Shown here piece by piece: positions 37,621 through 49,848 of a stretch of 64,000 nt of DNA (position 1 is its first letter; every line of letters begins with the position of its first letter). The translations under genes and the position numbers were made by a program. The stretch comes from Hydrolagus colliei (taxonomy: Eukaryota). Under the pieces are notes generated by a model. The model ran no database searches, was not told the DNA's origin, and worked only from the letters and a program-made list of their open reading frames with translations. The stretch lies in assembly GCA_035084275.1 (NCBI GenBank), contig CM068757.1, positions 4,154,001-4,218,000 on the forward strand, in the 5' to 3' direction.

Positions 37621-38405
37621 TTTTTTCAGGTATGAGGATAGGGATTATTACTCCCAGAGAATGATCCGCCAATCAACTATGCAGATTGCCTTATTGACAG
37701 ATTACCCTACGAGTGGAAGAATTCTTTGGGGTTGTCCCCAAAATTATTTTCTTCAAACCATGTCAAGTTTTCTTGTTGTAAAAGGGCTAAAGGCTCACAA
37801 GAGATGCACTTGGCAAAGACAGGCAGGTCCACAGTAATTCAAGGCTTTGCTTGAAGTTGAGAAGCCCGCCAGAGTCATTCACACATTGGAGGTATACATT
37901 CCTATATGTCCTCAAAGTCCCTTCCAGTAGATACCCTTAAGATATGTTTCTTGGTAAACTGCATGCATCTAATAAAAGCATTAACTTTAATTGCTTATAT
38001 CTGACTTTAACGTATATAATTGCTGATCTATCAATTCTTCAGTCCGTCATGCATTTACAGTATAATTCTTTGAATACCTCACCTAAGATTAGTCACCGCA
38101 TTTGACAGTAATTACCTGTAAAGTTCTTTGAGATGTTTCAATGTTATAAACACAAATGTTTTTATTGCTGACAGTTTTAAATTGTGAAAAAAAACTTGGT
38201 AAAAGAGAGCTCCCATGTTTGAGTTGCTTATTGTGATGCAGAAATAGCACAAATCATTTTCATTGTCCTTTGGTCTGTCAAACAGCTCTGTGCTTGCATT
38301 TATGAAAAACCAGGCCCACATCTGGCCACAGTATTTCTGCCCCAAACCCTAGTGGGTAAAGGAACTGCTTGTTGTCCGGTTTCAATTATTAATCACATAT
38401 TACAC

Positions 38406-38497
38406 AATCCTGGCATTTGATACAGTGCCTTATCATCTCAAAGCGCTTCACGGAATATACTGCAAAGTGGACTGAACATTCATTTTGTGGGTGAAAT
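38406..38497 (-). mobile_element. SINE 3' fragment
   Basis: ATCCTGGCATTTGATACAGTGCC...TCTCAAAGCGCTTCACGGAATATACTG. Confidence 0.78.
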
Positions 38498-39093
38498 TTT
38501 GCCAGTTACTGGGACAGCTCAACGCAAAATATGGAGATGTGGAGGGGACAGGACATCTTAGTGAGAATATTGATTGATATGTCAAGATTGAAACAGTAGT
38601 GCAGTGAAGATCATTTGCGCTCACTTTAGCTACTGGTCAGTTATGAAGGGATACATGATAGAGTCTCAATCCTTCTACTGAAAGTGTCTCTTCTGTTTCT
38701 CCGATGTGGAGGATTATTGAGGATGAACATGGAGGAACCCATGAGGGGTAAATCGACCTGACTGCTGGGGCCTGTATCACTGTGAAGGATTCCTGTCGAA
38801 TACATAAAAAGGAGGAATGAGAGGTGCAAGCATGTTTTTAAAATAAAAAACAAGCATTAAATGCAGGCTGTGAAACAAAAAGAAGGAAGTCCTTTCCTTT
38901 TGGGAATGTTATATTAAACAGATGATGGGAGCAGCTGTCCCATCTGCGTTATGAAAAGCTGTTTAGTGTTTGTATGTCATTTTTGACTTGTGCAGAGAAC
39001 AAAATCCAGACGACAAGCAAATACCATTTAAAATACATTGAAGGTCAGTATGTAATTGCTGAAAACACTTCAAATAATTCAAATAAGTAACTA

Positions 39094-39268
39094 AATAATA
39101 ATAATTCTTGAGTTTGACATAACGCCTTTCACATCGGTGGAATGTCTCAGAGCGATTCACAGGATTCACTGTAAAGGGTAGGTGTAAAGTCTATAAAGTC
39201 TGGCATGGAGGGCGCTATATAAATCCAATTTGTCGTTGTTGTAGTGATTGTATATTTTGCAGGTGATT
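39094..39268 (-). mobile_element. SINE 3' fragment (-) interrupted by a + strand L2-type mini-tail (39199-39242)
   Basis: The SINE reverse complement runs to ...CACTGTAAAG. Then comes TCTGGCATGGAGGGCGCTATATAAATCCAATTTGTCGTTGTTGT, and SINE-like sequence resumes at AGTGATTGTATATTTTGCAGGTGA. Confidence 0.7.
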
Positions 39269-40149
39269 TCAGTAGTGTTGGATTTGAAAGCCACTAGTAG
39301 TAAATATTCTCTGTACAAATCCAGTTAATGATTACAAATTTATAAACCAGAAAAAAAATTGAAACAAAAGTTTTATGCAGTTTATTTTTATTTGTTTATC
39401 ACGAGTTCATTTTCTACAGGCGCAAAACAGGTTTTTTTGTTAGTGGTGAGGATATATCAGTTACTGATATGGTGGCACACCAGCAGGTGAAGAATTGGCT
39501 GTTCTCTTTAAGAATGAAATGTTCTGTTAATTCTGAAGTCCGTCTCTCGCTTTGGGCTGGAGAAAAGTGTCCAGCCGTACTAGAGAGGTTTAGGTTCCAT
39601 TTCGTCAACTGAAACCTGCGAACGCCATGAGAAAATTGAAAATTCATCCTTAGGAATTTAATGTAACTGATCCAGGGGCATTTGGGAGCCCCGTGCTGTG
39701 GAGCCGAGAGCACCAAATGGGGAGAGAGGCTTACACAGCAGGCAGGTGATTGGAGAAGTCTTGCTTTAAAGTTGGCGCAGCAAGGCTGACATCTGGCAAC
39801 TGACACAAAACTGACATGAAGGCTAAATGACATTCCTTTGTTGAAAATTATTCCGCAAACGGTGCGAACAAATTTATTACGGAGAACTGAACCGCTGCAC
39901 AAATCAAAAATATATATATTTATGGGGGTGAAAAGACATTTCAGGGTCCCAGAAACTTTAACCCCTTCTCATTTTAGTTCACCTTGAGTTTACTTTTATA
40001 TCTGACCAACTTTCTGTTTTCGTTGAGTAAGGGATAACTTTAAGAGTCCGAGCAAATATCCGTGTAATCCTCAGCTTTATAACGTATATGGAGATGTGAC
40101 AGTATACATAAATAAGACATGATTAAATGGATCTTCCTAGGATCATTGG

Positions 40150-40460
40150 TAGAGGAGTTAGGTCAAAATCGGGTGAAGGTATTACGTGGGGTGCCTTAGG
40201 GGTCTGTCCTTATATATATTAATGACTTGGATTTGAAGACCCAATATAAGATAGTTGCACTAGTTTGGGTAAACCTTGGAATCAGAGGAAGCAACAAAGG
40301 TCTTACAAATAGACCTTATAGGCACACGGGTTAATAACTGGCAAATTAAGTTTAATTCAGATATATTCCAAGTGTTACATACAAGAAACACAAATACTCC
40401 ATCGATGGGATAGAACTTATTAAAGGGGAAGCTGAAAGAAATCTGCGGTGTTAGTTGCCC
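40150..40460 (+). mobile_element. old CR1 reverse-transcriptase fragment
   Basis: GGGGTGCCTTAGGGGTCTGTCCT (GVPxGSVL), TATATTAATGACTTGGAT (YINDLD), TGGCAAATTAAGTTTAAT (WQxKFN) and GAAAGAAATCT (ERxL). Confidence 0.8.
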
Positions 40461-41079
40461 CGGTAAAAGAAAATTAATTATATTTAAGTATTGACATGGT
40501 TAGAAGTAACTGGACATTTAATAAATACTACCGTAAAATACAGATTTTTTTTAAGACTCACTGCTTGTATTGTGTAATCTGTAATTAAACATGTACAGTA
40601 CTTGGTTATACCAAGACCTGAGAAAATGTGTTTAAATTTGACTATTTGGAGTACAAAAAAAACTTTTACGAAAAAGAATCAACAGGTTATGTAATCTTTG
40701 CATGGAACCAGATTCCTTCGAAGGATCATAAAACGTTATCTGGATTGTCAGACAGACACTGCTGTGTGTTGTTTTTCCTTTTATTAAAAAAAGTTGGAAC
40801 TCTGTATTGATTTTAGATTGTGTTTTGCAGATCCTTAAACATACCATCTTGATACATGAACGTGGACTTGCCAATTGCACCAGTGAGTGATTGCTACCAA
40901 TGATCTGGTGGTTGTACAACCCATGCCTCTGGAGCCCTATAGCAGCTCTAGGCTCAGCGGAAACTTGTATTGAGGTTGATCAATTGAATATTTGAAGTCG
41001 ATATATCCCGTCTGTGCCCCTTCTCCAGGGCTAATTCAAAGTTTAACTTTATCCAAACGCACATCCCAAAGCATGCAGT

Positions 41080-41182
41080 TACAGTCATTCTACTTTACAC
41101 AGCACCCTGTGGTGAGGTGCTTTGATACGCCCTCGCAATGTCGAAAGCGTGATACCAAATGTAAGGATTATTATTATTATCA
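41080..41182 (+). mobile_element. SINE 3' tail fragment
   Basis: ACAGTCATTCTACTTTAC...GTGAGGTGCTTTGA...CAAATGTAAGGATTATTATT. Confidence 0.75.
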
Positions 41183-42224
41183 TTGTCGCATACAACATTA
41201 ATTCTGAACAGTTCTGACTTAGAGTTCTTACAACCATTGCTCCATTGTTTGGAGACAGGCTGACCTGTTGGAATTGAACAACAAACAAGCTCGGAATAAG
41301 CCAACTACAGCAGTATTTGCAACAAACTGAGTGATATAGAAATCACAAGGTAGGATAAACTGCAGGAACGTGGCATCGGTATGAACCACAAGAAGAAAGC
41401 AATAAACAAACTGGATGCAATGAAGAAACGAACCTCAATTAGAAAATGATAAATCAAAACAAGGAAGCAATAAACCAGGAGGAAGTTATTCACCACAATA
41501 CTGAAGTATTGTGAAGTAAGAGGCAAACCACAAAAAATAATTAATGCAAATCGAGAAGTAATAGTACACAGCCATACAACCAAAGAAACACAGAGTGAAT
41601 CACAACTGTGCTCCTGATATAACTGGAGTAAACAATACAGATTTTCCTAAACTTGTCACCTTAGCCTGTTATTTAGCACTAGATAATTGTATCTAATTTT
41701 TTTTGCACAAGATTGCTCTTTTCTAACAAATCCCAGATGACACACAGAGGGGTCCCCCATTTGCACAAGTTACTTACAGTATTATGGAATCCAATTAAGA
41801 AATACTACAAAATTAGAGATATGTGATGCTGAAATTTGCTGTGTGACAGAGCAAAGGAGGATGCGAGCATATGGAAGATATGTACAATTTTTACAATTGA
41901 TAGAGCAAACATTAGAAATCAGCTTTAGGCAAACAGTTTTCAAAACTATCTGTCCTAAATAAATGTACGGTCTTTGGCATGTTACCAAAAGCTGAGCGAG
42001 CAGCGTCCTATTTTTCTTCCAGACTTGGAAGAAAAAGGAGAGTAGATTTTCCAGGAGCCGCAATAATCCTTTTCTGACCTGGCAGACATTGGCTGTGCAA
42101 TCAGCTGTCTATTCTTCCCCCAAATGGTCACAAGATCACTTGGTTGGTTTGGCCTTTCGATCTATCCAATCTCATCCCTTCCAGAACACCCACTCTACCA
42201 TCCCACCATCCCCCGCATCACTGC

Positions 42225-42375
42225 ATCAAGCTGTTTTTTTGAATGAGTCCAATGACCTGACCTCTACCACCTTTCCTAGCAACCTGTTCCAGTCATTGAT
42301 TTACTTTGTGTAAACAAAAACTTCCTTTTTTCTGTCCTGTTGTTTACAACTCTACATCCAAGTCTCTTGTTCTAC
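42225..42375 (-). mobile_element. old CR1 3' fragment
   Basis: CCTCTACCACCTTTCCTAGCAACCTGTTCCAGTCATTGAT...AAAAACTTCCT, the reverse complement of 'RKFF...WNRL..VVE'. Confidence 0.7.
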
Positions 42376-43307
42376 TGTCTTCATATGGCAATATGTTGGT
42401 CTAGTACTAGCTTAAATTATAATTTATACTGGATGTTTTATACAGTAGCGCAGAAGCAACAGCATTCTTGTAGAAAGGGATGATCAGAACAATTCTATTT
42501 TATATTGAAATGAAAATGATCTACATACTCCCAAGAAACTTTGCCAGGGCTCAATTGGATCTCACTTAACGTAACCACAACAGCATTTATCGCTGTTTCC
42601 ATGGTTGCGGAGGATCGCTGTGCCCTCAATATGAGACAGTTAGTTACTGCTTGTGCAGTGCGAGGATGGTGATAAAGATTGCCTTTGGTCAACTGGAGCC
42701 CAGTGGCGAATCCTTTTGAGATGCCTCAAGATCAAACGCACATTTGTTCCCCATGTGGCAGCCACATGTGTTGTGGTATTTGCAGGCAGCAAAGGAATAT
42801 CCTTTGGTCAGGATGGATGGAGACCATGCCGAATGTCAAAGCATCAGCTCTCCCAAAGACCAGCTGGAAGGCAAAACAAGTTGGCAGAGGACGTTAGGTT
42901 GGCCATAGCTTTTATTTTGCCTAATGATTCAGACCCATGTAAGTAATTCAAAATAATCTTCTATTTAATCAACATTGAAGTCTTGCTTTCGAATCTCTAT
43001 TTGTTTTTCTATAACTTTGCAGATCTTGTGGGAATAATAAAAGCAATGCATTTCCTGGAACTCTAGGTTTTTTTTCCTGCGTCTGCCCTTTAAAACGCTG
43101 TAGGGTGGAACTTTGTGGTGTGCGATCCGATAATTACATAGCCCACTGCAAACTTCCAGCACTATGGTGCATTGTCTGGTCGTTGAATGTGGAAGCAATA
43201 TAATTTTTATTTATTCTACTAATTGCAACTGTTATTAGTCTTTCGGATCTTATTTGCAGCAACACTGATGATGGCCTTCCCGTTGTCTGTTTGCCTGCAA
43301 AGTACTG

Positions 43308-43395
43308 TACAGTAGCCACACTTCACAGTCAACATTGTGATGTGCTTTGAGACGTCCTCCCGATGTGAAAGGCGCTGTATCAAATGCGAAGATTG
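43308..43395 (+). mobile_element. SINE 3' tail fragment
   Basis: GTGCTTTGAGACGTCCTCCCGATGTGAAAGGCGCTGTATCAAATGC. Confidence 0.75.
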
Positions 43396-44032
43396 TTTCT
43401 GTGACTGTTCTGTAGCATGTTCAGGACGTATGGATCCCTCTCTGAGTCGGTTATAATAGTCTATGTTCAAGCAGATGAGCAGACACAACTGTAGCAAGAG
43501 TTAGCGACTACCTCATTCCTTGAACCACCACCCTCAAATAAATGTGTATAAACGGTGACCTGCGCAGATGAGTAGATTATGTGGTCATGGTGTCATTCAG
43601 GGCTTATTTTTCCAATAAACCCCTAGGTCCAATTCTTATTAAGGGAAAAACTAGAAAGCTGGGAGTTAGTTACAGTACTTGGCAGTTAATCTAATCAAGT
43701 GCTCAGATGGCTTTTATAACTATTACCTGAGTCCAGACATTAGATAACAGTCTTGAACTAGATACCCAAGTCTCTATTAGGTTTCATTTGTTCACAGATT
43801 TTGTCTCAGAGTCTTTTTTCCTCTGGGATAAGGTTTAAAATACTGGTATTTAGATGATCCATGTGTGATGATGTTAAATCAAGAATTTAAGCCCCGAATT
43901 TTACTGAAACTACTCAAGCTACTTCAAAAGGTTGCCATGTACCTCTTCAAATTCACAAGGAATAAAAACAAATTTCACATACAACAAATCAGATACTACT
44001 ATCTCCTGTGATAATCCCTCCAAAAACAATAA

Positions 44033-44144
44033 TTTCGCCCTCATATATCCAGTCAATTCATTTACAGTATATTCTGAGAAGCGCTTTGAGATGTCTAGAA
44101 CATGTGAAAACCAGTATACTAAATGCAAGGATTATTATTATTAT
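44033..44144 (+). mobile_element. SINE 3' tail fragment
   Basis: CAGTCAATTCATTTACAGTATATTCTGAGAAGCGCTTTGAGATG...AAATGCAAGGATTATTATTA. Confidence 0.85.
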
Positions 44145-44169
44145 GCAATGTATCGGTTTGATTCAGTAA

Positions 44170-44522
44170 ATAGGATTGTCACTTGTGGATTAGAAGCCTG
44201 TGGATTCTAGTCCTACATTGAGGATTTAGCTCAAAATCTAGTCTGATAATTTGCTGAAGCTATAGGCAAAAACTATATTGTTAGAGGTGGAATCTTGCGT
44301 TTACGGTGGATGTTAAAGGTCCCTTGGCACCAAAAGAGAGATTCTCTTGGTGTGCTAGCCAATGATTCTACACATTAATTGTTCGGTATTTATGGCTGTT
44401 GGTTTCTGGTACCCTAATTTGTCCACAGAGCTACCACACTAGTCTACAAAGCTAGTTACTACAGTAATTAATGTAGAGGGTGTATTGATGTGGGTAAAGT
44501 GTGGTATAAATGCAAATCTTAA
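44170..44522 (+). mobile_element. ancient near-full-length Deu-type SINE relic
   Basis: Degenerate tRNA-like head (AGAAGCCTGTGGATTCTAGTCC), Deu-like GGTGGATGTTAAAGGTCCCTTGGCAC...TTCTCTTGGTGTGCTAGCCAAT, and tail TATAAATGCAAATC. Confidence 0.6.
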
Positions 44523-45402
44523 CGTAATTTTAAAAGAAATAGTGGCTGAAAAACAACAGAATTATAGTGTTAGTTGCTTGGAGCTGGGATATTAAACTCT
44601 TTCACGGTAGACACCATACAGCAGCTGTTTAAAAAATATATACTTAATTTTTCACTTGAGTTTTTAATTTTCGTTTCCTTACATTCTGGGTTTTTTTGCC
44701 GCTACCATACTCACTTTAATTATATTCTTTTTTTTTCAGCATACACAACTTTTGTTTTTTTTGTTTAAAAAAAAATCTTTCCCTTCAACATTCTTGAACT
44801 GCAATCCTTTGAAATGAAGCCTCCAATTTTCAAATCTTGTACGCGATTTCCAATGTAAAAAAATAAGTATGGAGCCAAGGTTTATCTCCAAATGCTTCTT
44901 ATTGGGAAACTGCTTACCCTCTCTGGTAAGCTGGCTCCTGGCGTCCAGTTCAGAGTCTGCAGTGTTCCTACTCCTGGAGAACTCAGTCCGTTTTAAATTC
45001 AATTACATATGTGCTTTGTTGGGACGCCAGTGTGGCAGTTTTGAGTCTCCATGTCTGTTGCCTGGAGACATTGATTCTTTCCAAAAGTGCAGTTATTTCC
45101 ACACCAGTGATACCACTAATACTGCCAATGTTAAACCCTTAGACACATAACCCATAGGCTTTAGTGGTGAATGTTCTGAGGATTCTCACTGCCAAGTTTG
45201 TAGCAATCATGTCATATTCATGCCAACCTGAATTTAGCAATTTAAATGGGATTTAAAGCAAAGTAAGCGAGAAGCAAAACTCTAAAAAGATACTGGTCTA
45301 GTGTAAGTGCACTTGATGTTGTTAGGATAGACCAGGACTGGAGTTTCTATGTTAAGGATGTCAAACTGTAGCATGCGAAAACTTCCCTTTATAATAATAT
45401 TC

Positions 45403-45505
45403 TAATCCTTGCATTTGACAAAGCGCATTTTACGTCAGGGAGAACGTCTCAAAGTGCCTCAGAGGATTCATTACGGTGTAGTGACTGTGTATTTTTGTAG
45501 GCAGA
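45403..45505 (-). mobile_element. SINE 3' tail fragment
   Basis: TAATCCTTGCATTTGAC...ACGTCTCAAAGTGC...GACTGTGTATTTTT. Confidence 0.75.
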
Positions 45506-47129
45506 CGGCTCTTTGAAAGTCTACACATTTCACATTATCTCTACGTAGCAGACAAGCAGATAAATTCTAATCCTGTATGATTCATAATTCGCCGCAGGCA
45601 AATCCTATCAAAATGGTCACTTTCTTACCACAAATTGCATTTGGCCTCTTACAAGAAACCTTTGTTTGGGGAGCGTAATGAGGTTGGGCAAAGGTTACAG
45701 TCTGAAAATGTTCCATGTATCGCTTTTTACACCTCTTTAACTCAAAAACAAAATATTATTACCATTAGAGCTTTGTCAGGAAAATTACCAACCAGCAAGA
45801 TTCTAAAAATAATTTTCCTGGACTTGAAACAGCTGTCAATAGATTATTTTCCAAAAGAGATTAGGGATCGGAGTAACCTAGAGCATTCAAAAGATTCTTG
45901 AACATTCATAGGCTGAAGTATTTTGGATAATTTAAGGAGAAAAAATTTGCAAATGAACTGCAAATTCAAATAATCCAGTACTGACAGTGAAATAAATCGC
46001 TGGGAAATGATATAAAAACTTGTAATTTTAATAAAGATAACAAAACAAAATAAGAGATTGGATCAATTTGCACCAATCCTTTTATATAAACTCATTGTGT
46101 ATTATTGCTATTATTATTGGCCTGCTCACTTTAGCACTGAACAGGCCAGTAACAGCAATATATGATTACAATAGACATTGCCCGACAACAGAATAGAGTG
46201 AAACATCTGAAAATGCTGTAGTTTAATGTAACTTTTTTCTCTCTTTTAAGATCGTATCTTAAAAAGGATAATGTTACATCAGTAAAGAATTATCTGCTGC
46301 CTGTTTCTCTAGCCAAATACAATAAGAATGAATGCAGTGCAGTTTCAACCGTTAACATCACAACTTTAACTCTGGCAATTTTTTTTTTAGCAGTGTGAGG
46401 ATTTTAAATCAGAGGAATGCAAGTAAACGGGGACAAGTATTTATATATGGTAAATAAGACTGAATGGCTGGTGTAACGTTGTTTATCCAGTCCGATGAAA
46501 CAAATTGAGAAAGTCAAAATACATCAGTAGCAGAAGATTTCAATGGCAAACAAACCACTGGTGCTTGTGTAAGATCAAACCCATATGCTACAACCGACTA
46601 GGACGGGTGCAATGGAAGATCTCTGGCAAGTTACATTTGATGTTCGGTCTACATGTTCAACATAACCCTTCCTCCAGGTTCAAATGCGCAGAACAAAACA
46701 GCTTATTAACACAAGGATGTGGCCCTCTGTAGGCTATTTAGTCTTACATAATACAGCACATGACTGAACAATTTACGGGTCTCGGACTGGCCTCTGTCAT
46801 GTAGCAGGCCAGGCCTTAGGTCTCTTCATATCCCATCAATATTACTTGCAGCCTGTGTATTCTTAAAAGGCACGAGAGAAAAGCTCCCAAATGTGCCATA
46901 TTTTGGGTTCCTTGCCACAAGGTTGGAACCAAAGGATAGTTACGAACTGGAAAGAAGCAGATATAAAACTTTTAGAGAAGATGCATTGTTCTTTGATTCA
47001 GGTACACTTGTTACTGAAACGATGAAATTATAGCACCAGATGAAGCAATATGTGTAGGAATTTAGTAAAAGATTAGTAACTAATAATTGCTAAAGATACT
47101 TCGGATAAATGCAAATCGGTGGCCTGTTG

Positions 47130-47370
47130 AGATGGACCTTAATGATCCCATTGAACCACTCAAAAAGACAGGTAAATTTCACCCCATCTCCTGGCCAGCA
47201 ATTTTCCAATTAAGCTAGTCTTATGTCAATTGATTGTTTGTGGGATGTTGCTGTGTGCACGTTGGCTGCTGTGTTTGCCCACAAATACATATTCACTACT
47301 CTTTTACCGAAAACGCTTTGAGACGTTATAATGTGATAAAATGCTGCATCAAACGCAAACAATTATTATC
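47130..47370 (+). mobile_element. Deu-type SINE relic with tail
   Basis: GATCCCATTG...CTCCTGGCCAG...TGTTTGTGGGATGTTGCTGTGTGCACGTTGGCTGC...AACGCTTTGAGACG...ATTATTAT. Confidence 0.68.
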
Positions 47371-48494
47371 AGTTGCCTTTCTGTTCCCAACATGCAGAAA
47401 AAGAAAGCCACCTAGAAAATGATGCCATTGTATTGGCAATCAGCGTCTTTTTTTAAAATCACTAGTTGACTGACAAGTCTAGCTGAGATTTTGATGTGAA
47501 TTAATTTCTCCGAGAATAACGTTTTTGCTTTCAGAAAATATTGACTGTGACAGTGCCAGATCTGTAGAAATCTATGATGTGTGTCTTGTGAAAAAAACCA
47601 ATTGTGTTGTGAACAATGTCCCCATTAATGGATTGATATTGGTGCTGAAGTGAGCTCATTGCCAGAAATTCCATCTGGGAATTACAGCGTGATTAGTGAT
47701 TCCTCTGTTTGCAGGCCTTTTGTCAAACTGAAAACTTGCCCTAAGGCCATGTCATGCTGCTGGAGGTGAAGGGGGCAGATTATTTCAGCTCAAGGCAAAT
47801 AACCATCAAAGAGTTAGTGTTTCAAACACAAGCGCTTTTTTGAAGGAAGTCCTAAAAGCAAGGAATTCTAGAAAAACAAGTATAAATACAGCTTAAATTC
47901 AATAAAAAAATAAAACTGTTATTAATTCATTACTGTATAGGGTAAAATGTCCTCTTTGTTTTACTTTTCTCTATAAATCGTTACATTCCAACACATTAGG
48001 CAGAGAGTTTTCATACTAAAATGCATGACTTATTAGGCTCTAGCACTTCCATTGCATTAAAGTTCACTCCCCGAATACACGCAACAATGTCAAGCAACAT
48101 GATAGAAGAAACATTAACACCCTTTGGATATTGGTTCCTATGACTTTACTCCCAATTTAAATATGGGCAATCCTAACATGATCAAATCTTTACTTGGTCC
48201 TATTTTGTTACAGATGTCAATTTGGCCCAATTGGTGAGAGTGTAGCGTTATCACTGCAAATTTAATGGATTGCTGGTTCAAAGCCCTGCACCAAGAGTTG
48301 AGCTTATATGCTAGGGGTTGACACTCCATCCAGACAAGTTGCAAATGAAACACACAAAATGTTTTGCTACAAATATAGTGATCAAAAAGAAACTTCATCA
48401 TTTGTTTTATGTTTCCCACAATCATGATCTCATTCTCAGTATAACTCCTCATCAGGTGTTTCGTTGCTCCCTCAAATGCAAACCAAACTGTGAA

Positions 48495-48650
48495 GTGAGA
48501 ATGAGGAGCTCGCTGTTGGAAGCTGCATTTGAAACAGAAAGTATCCAGGTTTTGAAGAGGTAGCTCAACGCATACATGAGGGAGAAGAGAATAGAGGGCT
48601 ATGGGAAAGGGAGGGATATTTATACGGCTCATGTGCCGTATAAATATAAT
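48495..48650 (+). mobile_element. CR1 3' fragment
   Basis: GAAACAGAAAGTATCCAGGTTTTGAAGAGG..CTCAACGCATACATGAGGGAGAAGAGAATAGAGGGCTATGGG...GGCTCATGTG. Confidence 0.7.
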
Positions 48651-49806
48651 TGAGTTCCATTTGGTAACTTCGAAGCAATTCTATGTTCAGTAATTCCATT
48701 TGGTCACCTGTATTGTGATCGCTTATTGTTTGGTCCTCCTTAACCACATCATCCTCCACCAACTTACATTTCCAAGAGGATTTGACCTATTATCAGTTTC
48801 CCCTTTTACAGGGGCTCAACTGATTAAGTCAGGATGCAATTCTCTATTACATCCAAGAATAATTTCTTTCATATGATTCCCAGTAAAGTCCCCTCAATAT
48901 ATCCTTAGTAAACTGATTACATCTATCTTTTTCTCTCAAATTGCTTTGCGCAAGTCAGAATGGATTCGTTTGCTCAGGTGCACATCAATGAAATCAGAAT
49001 ATGTACATCAATATTTCAAAGGAAAATGAATGACTATATTTTATGTAATCATTGATTGCTGCAAAGTACCTTTAAGTATGTTCTATAATTGAAAAATAGC
49101 ACTGAATGCATCTATGCATAAAATAGTATCAGTGCCACAGAACTCTGCCCTTTAAGTTAGAGGATAAAGATCAAAGAGTACAACATAGGCTCATAAACAT
49201 TTAAATTTGATGGTTTTAGCACTCAATTGAAATACAGTATTGCATTTGTCACAGACAAACCATTCTTGACAGAGCACTATTTATGTGAGAGGATGTTCTG
49301 TCAAATCAATTTTAACGACTTCTTGTCAGTTTCAAAACAAGAGATTTGTATGTGTGATTACACATTAAAAAATAGGACCATCCACCAGCATGTGGTGGGA
49401 AGGCAGAATGGTGGTTGGAGCCACGGAAGTCTCAACTCTGACTCCAAAATTAAGTACGGAGCCACTTTGGAGTCAATCACATTTAGTGTTTTCCTCTGGA
49501 GAATTAGTTTTATGATACACTTGTCCCAATTTACTGCTGTGACTAGACACAAGTCTGCTATTGTTGTTTGAGTGTAACAGTCAGAAGCTCCTTTCATTGC
49601 TGTTATCATTTGCAAGGAATGAGAGAACGGTATTCAGGAGAGCAGCATGGCCTTTTGAAACATGTTGAAGTGAACAAGAACTTGGCTTTGGTGACAATAT
49701 TTTAACAGTTTGGCAATTTTTAGATTGGTTCCTGGAGTCAATAATGTAATCTAGTTTGAGCATAATGGTCTGTTTGACTCCATTTTATTCATCCAGAACT
49801 AAACAT

Positions 49807-49848
49807 TGACTGACCGACTGACTGACTGATTGATTGATTGATTGATTG
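49807..49848. repeat. compound tetranucleotide microsatellite (TGAC)n(TGAT)n
   Basis: TGACTGACCGACTGACTGAC followed by TGATTGATTGATTGATTGATTG. Confidence 0.9.

Noticed and set aside
39414-39902. 162-aa minus-strand ORF
   Set aside because: It has a non-ATG start, no homology I recognise and no convincing gene context.
41305-41583. Hydrophobic 92-aa 'membrane protein' ORF
   Set aside because: It is a by-product of a T-rich minus strand, has a non-ATG start and shows no recognisable family.
48138-48632. 164-aa minus-strand ORF
   Set aside because: It begins in an antisense CR1 fragment, and the remainder has no recognisable features.
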